Virus record (IMG/VR): IMGVR_UViG_3300027808_002177
Location: 15,243-79,242 of that record
Reading direction: 5' to 3' (one strand)
Source: a virus
Lineage: Duplodnaviria > Heunggongvirae > Uroviricota > Caudoviricetes
DNA: 64,000 nt
The translations under genes and the position numbers were made by a program. Numbering within the stretch: position 1 is the first letter of the stretch; every line of letters starts with the position of its first letter. Under the pieces are notes generated by a model. The model saw only the letters and a program-made list of their open reading frames with translations. It did no database searches and was not told where the DNA came from. This document shows, piece after piece, positions 52,478-62,367 of the stretch.

Positions 52478-52911
52478 AGTGTATCTTCGCTGCCTTCACT
52501 GTAGTCTATTAGATCTTCTACTAAACTATAAAGGCTTTTTGCCATACGGTTTTCAGCATATCCATGCCCGCCAAGTGCAGCCTTGATGTGTGCAAATGTG
52601 TACTGTTCCATTGAGCGGAATTCTCTTGGAAGTCGAGCACGGATCAAGTGTTCAATGTCTCCTAATGCAACGTCCAATGACCTTACAAGTGTTTCTAATT
52701 GTTTAGCCAGGTCAAGTGCTTCTTCGGGGCTGATGTCGTCATTGATGCTTTCGGCAACAGGAGTACCTGCCACTGTGGAACCATTGGCAAGTCCAGCCAA
52801 CTGTTGGATACGACTAACGTCATATTGTTCTTCTACGTTGACACTGCCCATGCCTTCATTTAATTGTTTATTGGTCATTCTATCGTTTCTCTTGTTGAAT
52901 CTAGCCGCCAC
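52474..52911 (-). CDS. hypothetical protein (145 aa)
   Basis: ORF with an ATGA overlap. Confidence 0.45.
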   Translation of the reverse strand: MAARFNKRNDRMTNKQLNEGMGSVNVEEQYDVSRIQQLAGLANGSTVAGTPVAESINDDISPEEALDLAKQLETLVRSLDVALGDIEHLIRARLPREFRSMEQYTFAHIKAALGGHGYAENRMAKSLYSLVEDLIDYSEGSEDTL

Positions 52912-52934
52912 ATTGTGGGCGGGTTTTACATTGT

Positions 52935-53543
52935 TTATTTATTCACAATCCAGAATCCCAAACGATCTCCGTCGGCGCTGGCATACCATGTGGTATTTAT
53001 TGGTTGCAGCCTGACATCTTCCTTCCACACTGGGTATATAACATCTGCGTTGTGATTGCTAAAATCGTCGTTCCATCTGAGATGAACTTCAATAATCTTG
53101 TTGTCAACATATTCTACATTGACCCACGGAGTTAGTTTCCACAGCTCGCCTAACACTTTGGGAAACTTATAGTGTTCTTCGATTCGTTCCCAGCGGCTGA
53201 AACGATTGAGCCTGTTAGGGTCGTCTCTAAATCCTTCTACGGCCAGATGTTGTATGCCATAATGGAAGTCTACACTGGTATGCCGCCCTGTAAATGTTTC
53301 ACTCCAAAACATACCATCTGGCACTGAATCAGTGTCTGTGGGAGTCAGCCATAGTTTCTGAGCTCCGCGACTCATTGAACGAATATTGGTTATAGGGCGT
53401 ATAATATACCAATCGGCTTGAGGCACTGCAATACCTGCTGGTGCTGCCAAATATCCTAACTTGCGGGACAGTATTAATTTATCGTAAACCCACAGGTAAT
53501 CTGCAGGGCATGTGGTCCAAACATCTTTGTCACTTATAAACAT
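52935..53543 (-). CDS. hypothetical protein (202 aa)
   Basis: ORF. A faint ATP-grasp-like C-terminal pattern (KIIEVHLRWND) is not reliable. Confidence 0.45.
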   Translation of the reverse strand: MFISDKDVWTTCPADYLWVYDKLILSRKLGYLAAPAGIAVPQADWYIIRPITNIRSMSRGAQKLWLTPTDTDSVPDGMFWSETFTGRHTSVDFHYGIQHLAVEGFRDDPNRLNRFSRWERIEEHYKFPKVLGELWKLTPWVNVEYVDNKIIEVHLRWNDDFSNHNADVIYPVWKEDVRLQPINTTWYASADGDRLGFWIVNK

Positions 53544-53582
53544 ATTAGAAAAAGCCCTCGCTATATTTAGTGAAGGCTCAGA

Positions 53583-54131
53583 TTACTTTTGTTTAAGTCT
53601 ATGCACAAACCGCTTGCCCATATAGTCCATAACTGCCAGATTTGAGTCTGCGGCTTCGGTAAAGTAAGTGGTAATGTCTGGATGATCTAGTTCAATTGAA
53701 GCCAGTGTTTCGCCATGATCGCTTACCATGTGTATACCGTATTTGGCACACAAGTGCCGCACAACCTTATTACTGCTTAAACAAACCATGTTGCCTTTGA
53801 GTTGGTTATGTGTTCTGCACCATTGTATAACACGTCGGAATAACTGATTTCCCAATCCTTGTCCTTGATACTCTTTAAGCACACTAAATGCCAATTCCAT
53901 TTCATCTTGCAGTGCAATATGTCCCACCGCTACAAAATCTAAATTGTCATTTTCTACGCAGAATAAAATATTCTTATCTGCGTCTGCTTCAAATTGATCG
54001 CATAATCGATCAAGCACTTCATCTTGGACATGATGACCAAAACGCAGATACTTACTGTCTGCGTCAAGTGATTTTAAGTGTGTACGATATTTGTGATATT
54101 CGCTTACTAACACTCTGCGAACAGCCGACAT
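53583..54131 (-). CDS. GNAT-family N-acetyltransferase
   Basis: Motif A EYQGQGLGNQLFRRVIQWCRTHN. Size is 182 aa. Confidence 0.7.
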   Translation of the reverse strand: MSAVRRVLVSEYHKYRTHLKSLDADSKYLRFGHHVQDEVLDRLCDQFEADADKNILFCVENDNLDFVAVGHIALQDEMELAFSVLKEYQGQGLGNQLFRRVIQWCRTHNQLKGNMVCLSSNKVVRHLCAKYGIHMVSDHGETLASIELDHPDITTYFTEAADSNLAVMDYMGKRFVHRLKQK

Positions 54132-54132
54132 A

Positions 54133-54354
54133 TTATTTGGCCAGCATCAATGCTTTGGCTTGCTCAACTTGCCCATTACGACTTAGATATGCTGCTGCTT
54201 TAGCACGACCCATGCTTTCTAATAGACTGCAAATTGTGTTGAAAAATGATTTCATTGGAATCCCTGTGTTCTTGCCAGTCCTTGTAAGAGCTGACGTTGA
54301 CGATGTTCTAAATCGCAAGCATTTTGTGCTGCGTTTAGATATTGTTCTTCCCAC
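54133..54354 (-). CDS. hypothetical protein (73 aa)
   Basis: ORF. Confidence 0.4.
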   Translation of the reverse strand: MGRTISKRSTKCLRFRTSSTSALTRTGKNTGIPMKSFFNTICSLLESMGRAKAAAYLSRNGQVEQAKALMLAK

Positions 54355-54418
54355 CAGCCCATGGAGGGCTGATGAAACATGTGAGCAAATACTGATTTAA
54401 TTTTTGCCCACATTGTGA

Positions 54419-54640
54419 TTACTTCTTACTTGTCTTAGTGTAAGCATCCATTACTGGAACTTTGAATGCTTCTAAGTTTTTGTAAGCTTCTGCGGCTTGT
54501 GCTTTGAAAGTTTCGGCTAACTGTGTGTTAACGTCTACGATTGTCTTGGCAAATGCAGTTGATGCACCTGTCAATTGTGCAACCAATTCTTTGGCCAATT
54601 TTTGGTTTGATTCGAAAGTTTTTGTGATTTCTGTGAACAT
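54419..54640 (-). CDS. small Ala/Lys-rich helical protein (phasin-like composition)
   Basis: FKAQAAEAYKNLEAFKVPVMDAYTKT. Confidence 0.35.
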   Translation of the reverse strand: MFTEITKTFESNQKLAKELVAQLTGASTAFAKTIVDVNTQLAETFKAQAAEAYKNLEAFKVPVMDAYTKTSKK

Positions 54641-54681
54641 TTTATTTTCCTTTATTAAGCAAATGTTTAGTAGCCTCTAAT

Positions 54682-54713
54682 GAGCACTACCACTAGTAGA
54701 AACACTATCAGTG
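54682..54713. promoter_or_regulatory. near-perfect 13-bp-arm palindrome in a divergent intergenic region
   Basis: ACTAGTAGAAACACtatcaGTGTTTTCACTAGT lies between the minus gene start at 54640 and the plus gene start at 54886. Confidence 0.3.
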
Positions 54714-54885
54714 TTTTCACTAGTATAACATTAATTATGCTGCACCGCAACATCATTGTAGCCCGTTTTAACGGTTTTTAAGGCGTTTAGTGACAGCTCA
54801 CTAAATCAGCCAAATTTACACCAAATTGAAACTGTTAGTATAAATAACTCAATACAGTGCTAGAGCACTTATAAAGGAAAATAAA

Positions 54886-55158
54886 ATGATAACTTTACAA
54901 ATCAGCCAGGCTGACGTCAGACAAGCAGGCCCAATGGCAGCAAGCCAGGAATTTATTCAGCATAGACTTGAAACATATGGTGATCGTGTTACTGTAACAG
55001 ATTCATTAGTTGGTAATGTTACTACAACTTCAATTACATTTGCAGACGACGCAACTAAAGCAGCTTATTATGCTGACCCAATTGTTGTTGCACATCGTGA
55101 AAGCATCATAGCTTACAATAAAGCCAATGGTATTGTAGTTACGTCGACTAACGAATAA
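54886..55158 (+). CDS. hypothetical protein (90 aa), plus-strand
   Basis: AAAGGAAAATAAAATG has a good SD. It is a lone plus-strand gene. Confidence 0.5.
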   Translation: MITLQISQADVRQAGPMAASQEFIQHRLETYGDRVTVTDSLVGNVTTTSITFADDATKAAYYADPIVVAHRESIIAYNKANGIVVTSTNE

Positions 55159-56166
55159 TTAAGCAAGTAATTTGCTAAAATCTAATGAGGCAAGATTTTT
55201 ACCCTTAGATTCGCATTGAATATCAAAATCTTTTGCAAAAGATAGAGCCCAGGTGTTTACAGCTGAATTCCAATAGAAATCACTGTGAGCCCTGAGCTTT
55301 TGTTTTTTATAACCCTGTGCCAACAATGCAGCCATATCGGGCAACACATCTGTGGCATGTCCTACTAGATAATCTTCCCTGCTGACACTGTAGTGCATAG
55401 CAGGGCGCACACCACGCCAGCTATCAATCACACGCGAACATCTATCGTCGGTGGGCTGAATGTACTCTCCAGTACGGATCCAGTGATGGTGTACGTCAAG
55501 TACCAAGGCGCAATGTTCGGCAAGTTCAAGGCTGCTGTCGATGCCCCAGCAGTTTTCGTCGTTCTCGATTGTGATGCAGTTACGGGCTTCTGGGCTAAGT
55601 CGTTGTAGTGCAGCAATGATACCGCTTGGACCTTGTTTACCTGAAATGTGTACATTGATCTTAAAGTCCTGAAATGTCTTACCATAGCCCATCCAACGAG
55701 CCAGGTCTGCATGATATTCAAATTCCAGCACACTGCGATCCACAATGCCAGGATTTTCACTTGCCAGCACACAGAACTGACCAGGGTGGAAACTTAGTCG
55801 CACATCTAAACGGCGAGCAGCTTCGCCAACTGGAGCAAAGATTTTTTCGCAGTGAGCTTGAACATCGGCCTGTTGCCAAAAAGGAATCCAGTCGTCATGT
55901 GTGTAGCCTTGTAGCATTTCTGAACCCAATCGCACCATGCGTCGATTAGGCGGCAAACTGGCCACACGTTCTACCAGGAGCAATGCTGCACGAGCATTGT
56001 GGTTCATAATGTCCCACTGTCGTTGTTCGGCTTCTGCTTTGTGTTCGCGCAACCAACGCATTGTGGTACTGCGACCGTTAAGATCTCGATCCACTGCTGA
56101 GGGTTTTAGTCCAGCTACTTCTGAGGGATTATTGATCCATTTGCAACAAAAACCTACACGACTCAT
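55159..56166 (-). CDS. UV-damage endonuclease (UvdE/UvsE family)
   Basis: MSRVGFCCK N-terminus, RLSFHPGQF, INVHISG, ITIENDEN and DVHHHW parallel the UvsE motifs RTSFHPNQF, INIHIGG, LENDDK and DFHHF. Confidence 0.75.
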   Translation of the reverse strand: MSRVGFCCKWINNPSEVAGLKPSAVDRDLNGRSTTMRWLREHKAEAEQRQWDIMNHNARAALLLVERVASLPPNRRMVRLGSEMLQGYTHDDWIPFWQQADVQAHCEKIFAPVGEAARRLDVRLSFHPGQFCVLASENPGIVDRSVLEFEYHADLARWMGYGKTFQDFKINVHISGKQGPSGIIAALQRLSPEARNCITIENDENCWGIDSSLELAEHCALVLDVHHHWIRTGEYIQPTDDRCSRVIDSWRGVRPAMHYSVSREDYLVGHATDVLPDMAALLAQGYKKQKLRAHSDFYWNSAVNTWALSFAKDFDIQCESKGKNLASLDFSKLLA

Positions 56167-56560
56167 AATTGGCTCCTACCAATGCCGGATCACTCCAGCC
56201 ACAATAAAACAGTTTGTAATAATGTATGTTAACACAATTATCGTACGAAAGCAAGCAATATGATCTGATTCTTTATCAGTATTGCCTGCTTTTTCACCTA
56301 GGGCCTTGGCCCAAAGTCTCCAGATTTTCTTCATAAAAAGTGCCACGAAGCCGGGACGAAACAGAAATAGTCAAACAGCAAATATCAAATAGCTAATATC
56401 AAACATGAGTCTTTTGCTTAGGTATCACATCAAATATCAATATAATTTTTTGATGCCTAAGCAAGACGTTGTAGATTAGTTTTTCAGACTAAGCCAGTAG
56501 TTTTCATCGAGTAATCGATGATGTATTTCTGCTCCCTACCCGGGACTAAGTGCGGCAGTC

Positions 56561-57136
56561 TTAGTCTAGCCCGAGCTCAGTTAGCACAAGTGCTACCTGT
56601 TCAGGTACTTCAAACTCTGTACGGACATTGATGGATACCATCTCGTCCTTGATCTTGCGTCGACGGCGTCGGATTGTTTCCAATTCCTTTTTGGATTCTG
56701 CTACTGCTTCCACAGGAACCACGTTTACGTCAACTGTGTATTCACGACCGTAAATGCTGGAACGATCACTACCAGGAGTCCGACGGCTTTCAATTTCTGC
56801 AACCAAGCTAGATAATGCTTGGCGAACATTAGCTTCGCTGAATGACTTCAAACGTGCTTCGGCAGCACCTAACATGGCTTCTTCGGCCAAGTAGTCAGTT
56901 ATGCCAACTTCTGCGTTCTTCCGGGCTACAATGGCCCGCAAGAATCGGTTCGCACTCATCAAACGACCTGCATGTGCATGGTTCTCACGAACCTTGGCCA
57001 ATTGCTCATTGAGACGAGCTTCAATGTCTGTTTCAAACAGACTTACTTTGAGAGTGTAGCTCTCTGTTCCCAGACGCTTGATCTCGTCTGTGATTGTTTG
57101 CTGGACCACACTGGCCTTGCGTAAATTAATTTTCAT
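56561..57136 (-). CDS. hypothetical protein (191 aa)
   Basis: ORF with an Arg-rich C-terminus (RRRRRK). Confidence 0.45.
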   Translation of the reverse strand: MKINLRKASVVQQTITDEIKRLGTESYTLKVSLFETDIEARLNEQLAKVRENHAHAGRLMSANRFLRAIVARKNAEVGITDYLAEEAMLGAAEARLKSFSEANVRQALSSLVAEIESRRTPGSDRSSIYGREYTVDVNVVPVEAVAESKKELETIRRRRRKIKDEMVSINVRTEFEVPEQVALVLTELGLD

Positions 57137-57184
57137 ATTAGTCCTTAGTTGCTGTTGTTAGCGTATGTGACTATTATAACACTG

Positions 57185-57643
57185 TTATTCGTCGTCGTCA
57201 ATGATTTTTAACGGTTTTGGCAAAGTAAAACGCCCAAAACTTTCCAGAATCAGCGCACCAGTTGGATCATTAGCTCGTACAGTTCCAGCAAGCTCAATTG
57301 AATCAGCTACCATAACGTGTCTAACTTCCCCAAAGAGCCAACGTGTGATACGTGCAGGCCGAATGAACCTGTTGTTCAGTTCCATTGTGTATGCAGCTTT
57401 ACCGCCACTCAAGTCCCATACATGTGCGCTCATGCAGTAGTCCATGTAGGTCATTAGTGCGCCACCATGTGTGGTACCTTGTGTGTTGCGATGGTGAGGA
57501 TTATTAACCCAAGCGAAGTGGCTAACGGAGTGATCGGGGCTGAATTTGTACCAAGTGGCCATGGTTTTGGTCACAAAGTCTTGCCAATGATTGCTCCGCC
57601 GAGTATAACCAAGCAGGCGAAGTGATCCAGGTGTGTACTTCAT
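57185..57643 (-). CDS. hotdog-fold acyl-CoA thioesterase (PaaI/4HBT family)
   Basis: NTQGTTHGGALMTYMDYCMSAHVW follows the PaaI pattern (HGG ... D). Confidence 0.65.
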   Translation of the reverse strand: MKYTPGSLRLLGYTRRSNHWQDFVTKTMATWYKFSPDHSVSHFAWVNNPHHRNTQGTTHGGALMTYMDYCMSAHVWDLSGGKAAYTMELNNRFIRPARITRWLFGEVRHVMVADSIELAGTVRANDPTGALILESFGRFTLPKPLKIIDDDE

Positions 57644-58008
57644 TATCCTTTGAGGATATTGCGAAAGTAATTGACCGCAGCTTCTTCTACTTGCTCAGGA
57701 GTAGCATCATCTGCAACATCTAATTCTAAATCAGAATGACTTGCTTCCAATTCCCACTGTAGAGATTCTGACCAGGCATTTGAAATTTCGTAACTGATGA
57801 TATCTCCATCAGTAACGTCCATGTCACGTACTAATCGAAACATATAGCAAATGGTATCGTCTGCACCCAGATGTTCGTATACTTCGTCTGATGCAACCAA
57901 GTCACCAATTTCTTCGTCAACAATTTCAGTCATGTCTTCGAATTCTTCGTCTGTCAATTCTCGCTCTACACAGAAGCGTATAAAGTGTTTTGGTTCTTGC
58001 GTTTCCAT
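57643..58008 (-). CDS. hypothetical acidic protein (121 aa)
   Basis: ORF, Glu/Asp-rich. Confidence 0.45.
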   Translation of the reverse strand: METQEPKHFIRFCVERELTDEEFEDMTEIVDEEIGDLVASDEVYEHLGADDTICYMFRLVRDMDVTDGDIISYEISNAWSESLQWELEASHSDLELDVADDATPEQVEEAAVNYFRNILKG

Positions 58009-58017
58009 TTTAATTCC

Positions 58018-58884
58018 TTATTTGAAGTCAAATCCCATATAGCGCAATGCTGTGCCAATTGATTCTTTACTATACGTTGGTTTCAATCTTTCAACTACTC
58101 TGGATTCAAAACTTGAAACATTTTTTGATATGTTTCGAGCATGTACTTTGTTATATTCTTGTAATTCATCAGTGGACTTCATTTTTGTGTAGGTACCACG
58201 GTGCAACACTATTTCGCTGGGCAACCGGGCCTTGACAAGTGGAGGCTGTTTTGATTCAGGATAACCATGTATAGTACCAAAGACTGGAAAAGTATGCTTT
58301 GGTAAATTAAAAGTAGTCTTAAAGAATTCCATAGGTAATTGTCGTATTGCTCCACAGTATGTACCTTCGATGCCCATGCTCTCTGCAGCCAAACAAAACG
58401 TTTGAGCAGCTATTGTAGCATCAACTATAGCCTTTAAATGATACTCGGCAAATGTGGGCTGTTCACGAATACGTTCATCGACATCAATGCTATTGAGAAT
58501 AAGTTTAAGTCTTGACAGATCAGCAAGCCAGATCATAACAACTGCTGACGACGCAATTGCGTTTACATTATGACTATCAATTCCACCTATTAGTTGTATA
58601 TTGTTTGGCGAAAAGAAAGTCTTTTTATAGATGCTTGCTTTTTCTTCGGGGGTAGTTAATGCAATGACACTCCAAGTTTGAAGCATACCGCTTGTTGGCG
58701 CACTTTGAGCCGCAGCAACCAATAATTCTAACGTCCCTGGTTTGAGTGGCTCACCATTGAATGTACGGCAAGAACCCCTGCGTAGTATATTGTTTACAAA
58801 CTCGTTTGGTACAGCTTCTGGGTCGGGAACAGGCCGCCCGTATCTTTTTTGATAAGGTGTCATTATTGTACTTACCAAAAACAA
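58018..58884 (-). CDS. nitroreductase-family flavoprotein
   Basis: ILRRGSCRTFNGEPL ... AAAQSAPTSGMLQTWSVIAL matches the nitroreductase N-terminal signature. Confidence 0.7.
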   Translation of the reverse strand: MFLVSTIMTPYQKRYGRPVPDPEAVPNEFVNNILRRGSCRTFNGEPLKPGTLELLVAAAQSAPTSGMLQTWSVIALTTPEEKASIYKKTFFSPNNIQLIGGIDSHNVNAIASSAVVMIWLADLSRLKLILNSIDVDERIREQPTFAEYHLKAIVDATIAAQTFCLAAESMGIEGTYCGAIRQLPMEFFKTTFNLPKHTFPVFGTIHGYPESKQPPLVKARLPSEIVLHRGTYTKMKSTDELQEYNKVHARNISKNVSSFESRVVERLKPTYSKESIGTALRYMGFDFK

Positions 58885-58887
58885 ACT

Positions 58888-60408
58888 TTAACTTGTTATG
58901 CTGCCACGACTTGGATTAGTGAACGGTGTGTATAGATAATTATTGGCTCCACCTTGTAAGCTATACAAGTTTGTCCAGCTTACTGCACCTTCGGCCAATT
59001 TGTTTTTGTTACTGTTTTCGGCAATAAACTTTTTAATATTGTTTACAGTTGAATTTGGTCGTAGTTGTAAAAAGCAAGCAACAACACCAGTCACTTGCGG
59101 CGTTGCTTGACTTGTACCTGAAATCTTATTAAGATAATATTCTGGGTTACGTGAATCAGCCACTGCTTGAGTCTGATATGGCGAATTAGCATAAGCACCC
59201 ATAATCATAGTGCCCGGAGCATACACGTCAACTCGCGGCCCTGTTTCGCTAAAATAAGCCTTGCGTTCAACAGGCGGGTTAGTTAACATAGTATCAGTTG
59301 CACCAACGTTAATCATACAAGGAGTAGCAGTTGGACTTGAACCTCTGTGATAGTAAGATTGCCCCCAGTAACCTGTCCAGTAGTTATTATAATCTTGGCC
59401 CCCTGGCACATCAATCTTGTGACGATAATTGCCGGCTGCACCAATAAGGATAACACCAGCAGCACCACAGTTTTCAACAGCGGTATCAACGTAGTACACT
59501 CTTGCGCCATGTACTGCTGCTACTTGCCCATACAATGAATTGTAAGAGCTAGCAGAATATGTTTGCCCGCGATAGGTTGTTGAAGTCATCCCTGAATAAT
59601 TTGAATAATATCCCCATGAGTTTGAACATACGGTTGGACGTGTATTACCTTCTGCCTGTTTCTTTAAGTGAAATGCACGTACCAAGTCAAATGCAACGTC
59701 AGAATTGATGGCGCTTAGGTATTGTCCAGTGCGAATACTAGTGCCAGCAAAAATTCTAATAGAATAAATTTTAGAACTGTGTGCCCAACCACATGTGTTG
59801 CCTGCGGCAATACTTGCACAGTTTGAACCATGCCCATCACTATCTCCCAAGTAGCCGCCGTACGATGCTGAAGATTGTACACCAGGAACACCAAGGCTAG
59901 CCCAGTCAAAATCAACTACACGACTACCACCAGAGCCATCAGCATTAACTGCGAACTCGGGATGATCAGCTTCAACTCCAGAATCCAACATAATGATGTC
60001 AACGCCTTCGCCATCTAAGTTGTAGTTAAAGTTGGTGTTGAGGCTTGTTTCTGTGCCGTAAGGATCATTCTGTTGCGTACAACGCATCAAGCCCCAGTTC
60101 TTCATTGAGGCAGTTGTTGAATAAGGATTGCGATCGTAGTTGCCGGCTCGTTGACCATAGAAGCGTTTTTCAACACCCGGCTGCTGGTCAGCTTGTAGTT
60201 CTACTGCGGCAACTCGCGGGTCATTTCTAAGTTCAACAGCTTCTTCATCTGTTAAATCAAAGTGAGCCGAGTAGTCATTGAACGGACGTTCATTAAGTAC
60301 AGGCACAGCATGATCGGGAATAAAGTTATCTCCAAGACCGTTTTCTGTTAGTTCACTCCAAAGTGTGTCCCATACTTTTGGGTCTGCAACCGTTACAATA
60401 TATTCCAT
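58888..60408 (-). CDS. subtilisin-like serine peptidase (S8 family) with N-terminal propeptide-like region
   Basis: Asp box IIMLDSGVEADHPEF, His box GHGSNCASIAAG and Ser box GTSQATPQVTGVVA. Confidence 0.85.
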   Translation of the reverse strand: MEYIVTVADPKVWDTLWSELTENGLGDNFIPDHAVPVLNERPFNDYSAHFDLTDEEAVELRNDPRVAAVELQADQQPGVEKRFYGQRAGNYDRNPYSTTASMKNWGLMRCTQQNDPYGTETSLNTNFNYNLDGEGVDIIMLDSGVEADHPEFAVNADGSGGSRVVDFDWASLGVPGVQSSASYGGYLGDSDGHGSNCASIAAGNTCGWAHSSKIYSIRIFAGTSIRTGQYLSAINSDVAFDLVRAFHLKKQAEGNTRPTVCSNSWGYYSNYSGMTSTTYRGQTYSASSYNSLYGQVAAVHGARVYYVDTAVENCGAAGVILIGAAGNYRHKIDVPGGQDYNNYWTGYWGQSYYHRGSSPTATPCMINVGATDTMLTNPPVERKAYFSETGPRVDVYAPGTMIMGAYANSPYQTQAVADSRNPEYYLNKISGTSQATPQVTGVVACFLQLRPNSTVNNIKKFIAENSNKNKLAEGAVSWTNLYSLQGGANNYLYTPFTNPSRGSITS

Positions 60409-60418
60409 TTGTTATTCC

Positions 60419-61990
60419 TTATAGTGCCGCAATGCGAGCTTTAAAATCAGCAAAATCAATGGACGATGCCACTATCAACTTCAGTTGCGTTTTAGTGATT
60501 ACAAATTCACCGTTAAATTTAATATCACCGGCAGCCGCAAAGTTCAAATCATTGTTGCTGTTGATTGTAACTGCACCAGTGCCAGTAAAGTTTACATTTT
60601 GAACGTTTAGGTCTGTGGCTGTTACACTATTGAATACAGGATCTGGACTCATAGCCCCACCGCCTGTTGGTGCTGGACCGTATGTTACTTCTTTGGACTC
60701 TGGATTGTAATATGCAACATGCGCTGTTACATCGTATCTAATTGGATCAACAAATAAACCTGCGGTAGTACCATTCAGTTCGTTTCCGCTTGCGTTGATT
60801 ACAATAGATCCGGCTGGTTGATTTGTTTTGCCTGCCAAGCTGCCAATTGCTATTGAGTTTACGCCCTGGTTAGTATTACCTGCGCTTGCGCCAATTGCAA
60901 CGGCAGCACTGCCCTGGTACTCATTGCCAGCTGTTAAGCCAATAGCAATTGCGCTTTCTCCTTGGTTGGTATAACCAGTTGCAACTCCAATACCAATTGC
61001 AGCGCCACCCTGATTTGTTTTACCTGAACTATTACCAATAGCAATAGCAAATGAGGAGCCACCGTATGCTCCATATCCGCCGTACCCACCATAACCATCA
61101 GCATCACTGGATCCGCCTGCATTGCGACCCAATGCGATTCGAGTCGGACCTAAGTTGTTACTAATATTAACTAAGCTATTCCATGATGGAGTAGGCATAG
61201 AACTTAATTTCCAATCAACATACGCTTTGGTTGTTGCATGACTTGGATTTGTTATAGCACCTGAAATAATAACTGAGTTGTATGTTGGATTTGTTGGCTT
61301 GTCTAATAGGTCATTATAATTGCCGCTGAACGCAACAAAATTCTGGCCGTTGATAGTAACATTGCCAGCCGCCGACAAGTTTAAATCATTGCCACTAAAA
61401 ATGTTTACAGCACCAGTGCCGGTAAACGTTACATTTTGAACATTTAACTGTGTTGTTGTTACTGAGTTGAATACCGGATTGTCTCCGATAACAGGAGAGA
61501 ACTGTTCTAGTAGAGGAGTTACAACATCAAGAACACGCTGTTCTGTAAAGTATAAATTGCTACCTTCTACTAAATGATATGTGTTCTTTGACGCAAATGC
61601 TGTATCAAATCTATCTTGTGTCCAATATAAGTTGCTACCTTCTTGAATGTGGTACGAGTTTACTGTTGCAAGCTGATTCCAAAATTCTAAACCAAAGTTG
61701 CCAGCTGGCAATTTTTCATTGATCAATGCAGTAACACTGGCACCAAAATTAGAGTCATCATTTAATGCCGCTGCTAATTCTCTTAGGGTATCTAATGTAC
61801 CTGGAGCAGAATCAACTACTGCATCAACATAAGATCGTGTTGCTAAGTTTGTCAGTGTTGCCAGGCTCTCAATTAAGGCTGCTCCATCAATTTTTACAGT
61901 TTCTTCATCCTGTACAATTACAAATTGATCTGTAGTACCAAAGCTAGCCGTTGCTTCTAGCTCGGAAATTTTAACGTATTCGTGTGCCAT
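60419..61990 (-). CDS. tail fibre protein with Gly-rich repeats and internal duplication
   Basis: The duplicated unit QEGSNLYWT / VEGSNLYFT recurs. (G)-x-AIGxxAGxTNQG repeats and a GYGGYGGYGAYGG tract are present. The segment PVFNSVTTTQLNVQNVTFTGTGAV... is repeated near the C-terminus. Confidence 0.75.
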   Translation of the reverse strand: MAHEYVKISELEATASFGTTDQFVIVQDEETVKIDGAALIESLATLTNLATRSYVDAVVDSAPGTLDTLRELAAALNDDSNFGASVTALINEKLPAGNFGLEFWNQLATVNSYHIQEGSNLYWTQDRFDTAFASKNTYHLVEGSNLYFTEQRVLDVVTPLLEQFSPVIGDNPVFNSVTTTQLNVQNVTFTGTGAVNIFSGNDLNLSAAGNVTINGQNFVAFSGNYNDLLDKPTNPTYNSVIISGAITNPSHATTKAYVDWKLSSMPTPSWNSLVNISNNLGPTRIALGRNAGGSSDADGYGGYGGYGAYGGSSFAIAIGNSSGKTNQGGAAIGIGVATGYTNQGESAIAIGLTAGNEYQGSAAVAIGASAGNTNQGVNSIAIGSLAGKTNQPAGSIVINASGNELNGTTAGLFVDPIRYDVTAHVAYYNPESKEVTYGPAPTGGGAMSPDPVFNSVTATDLNVQNVNFTGTGAVTINSNNDLNFAAAGDIKFNGEFVITKTQLKLIVASSIDFADFKARIAAL

Positions 61991-62367
61991 TATTCAGCTA
62001 CCCTTGTTAGTGTTATGTAAATTGTAAAGTTTCCGGTACCTGTACAATTTACGCTTAGTGTTGTGCCGTCGGATGTTACTGTAACATCTGCTGCAATGTC
62101 TTCTTGAAAAACATCCTCAATTCTAGTAACTGTTGTTCCATTAATAGTTCCGCGAAGTTGCTTGGCAACAATACCACCTGTGCTTTTAACAAGTACTTTG
62201 GCATCGTAAAATTCCACACTAGCGATTGCTATCTGGGCGCCAGTTCTATCTGTTGCAATACCAGTATCAGTACGACTCAGTGAGTACTGTCGAACTTCGT
62301 TACCAGTGCCTTGACCTAATGCAAAATTACTTGATGTAGTTCCTGCGGTGTTATTATATGTTTTCAT
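61990..62367 (-). CDS. hypothetical structural protein (125 aa)
   Basis: Thr/Gly-rich, with an ATGA overlap on both sides. Confidence 0.45.
   Translation of the reverse strand: MKTYNNTAGTTSSNFALGQGTGNEVRQYSLSRTDTGIATDRTGAQIAIASVEFYDAKVLVKSTGGIVAKQLRGTINGTTVTRIEDVFQEDIAADVTVTSDGTTLSVNCTGTGNFTIYITLTRVAE

Noticed and set aside
56412-56462. Long imperfect hairpin TGCTTAGG...CATCAAA-loop-TTTGATG...CCTAAGCA
   Set aside because: No U-tract on either strand and a large loop. Possibly regulatory, but the evidence is too weak to call a terminator.
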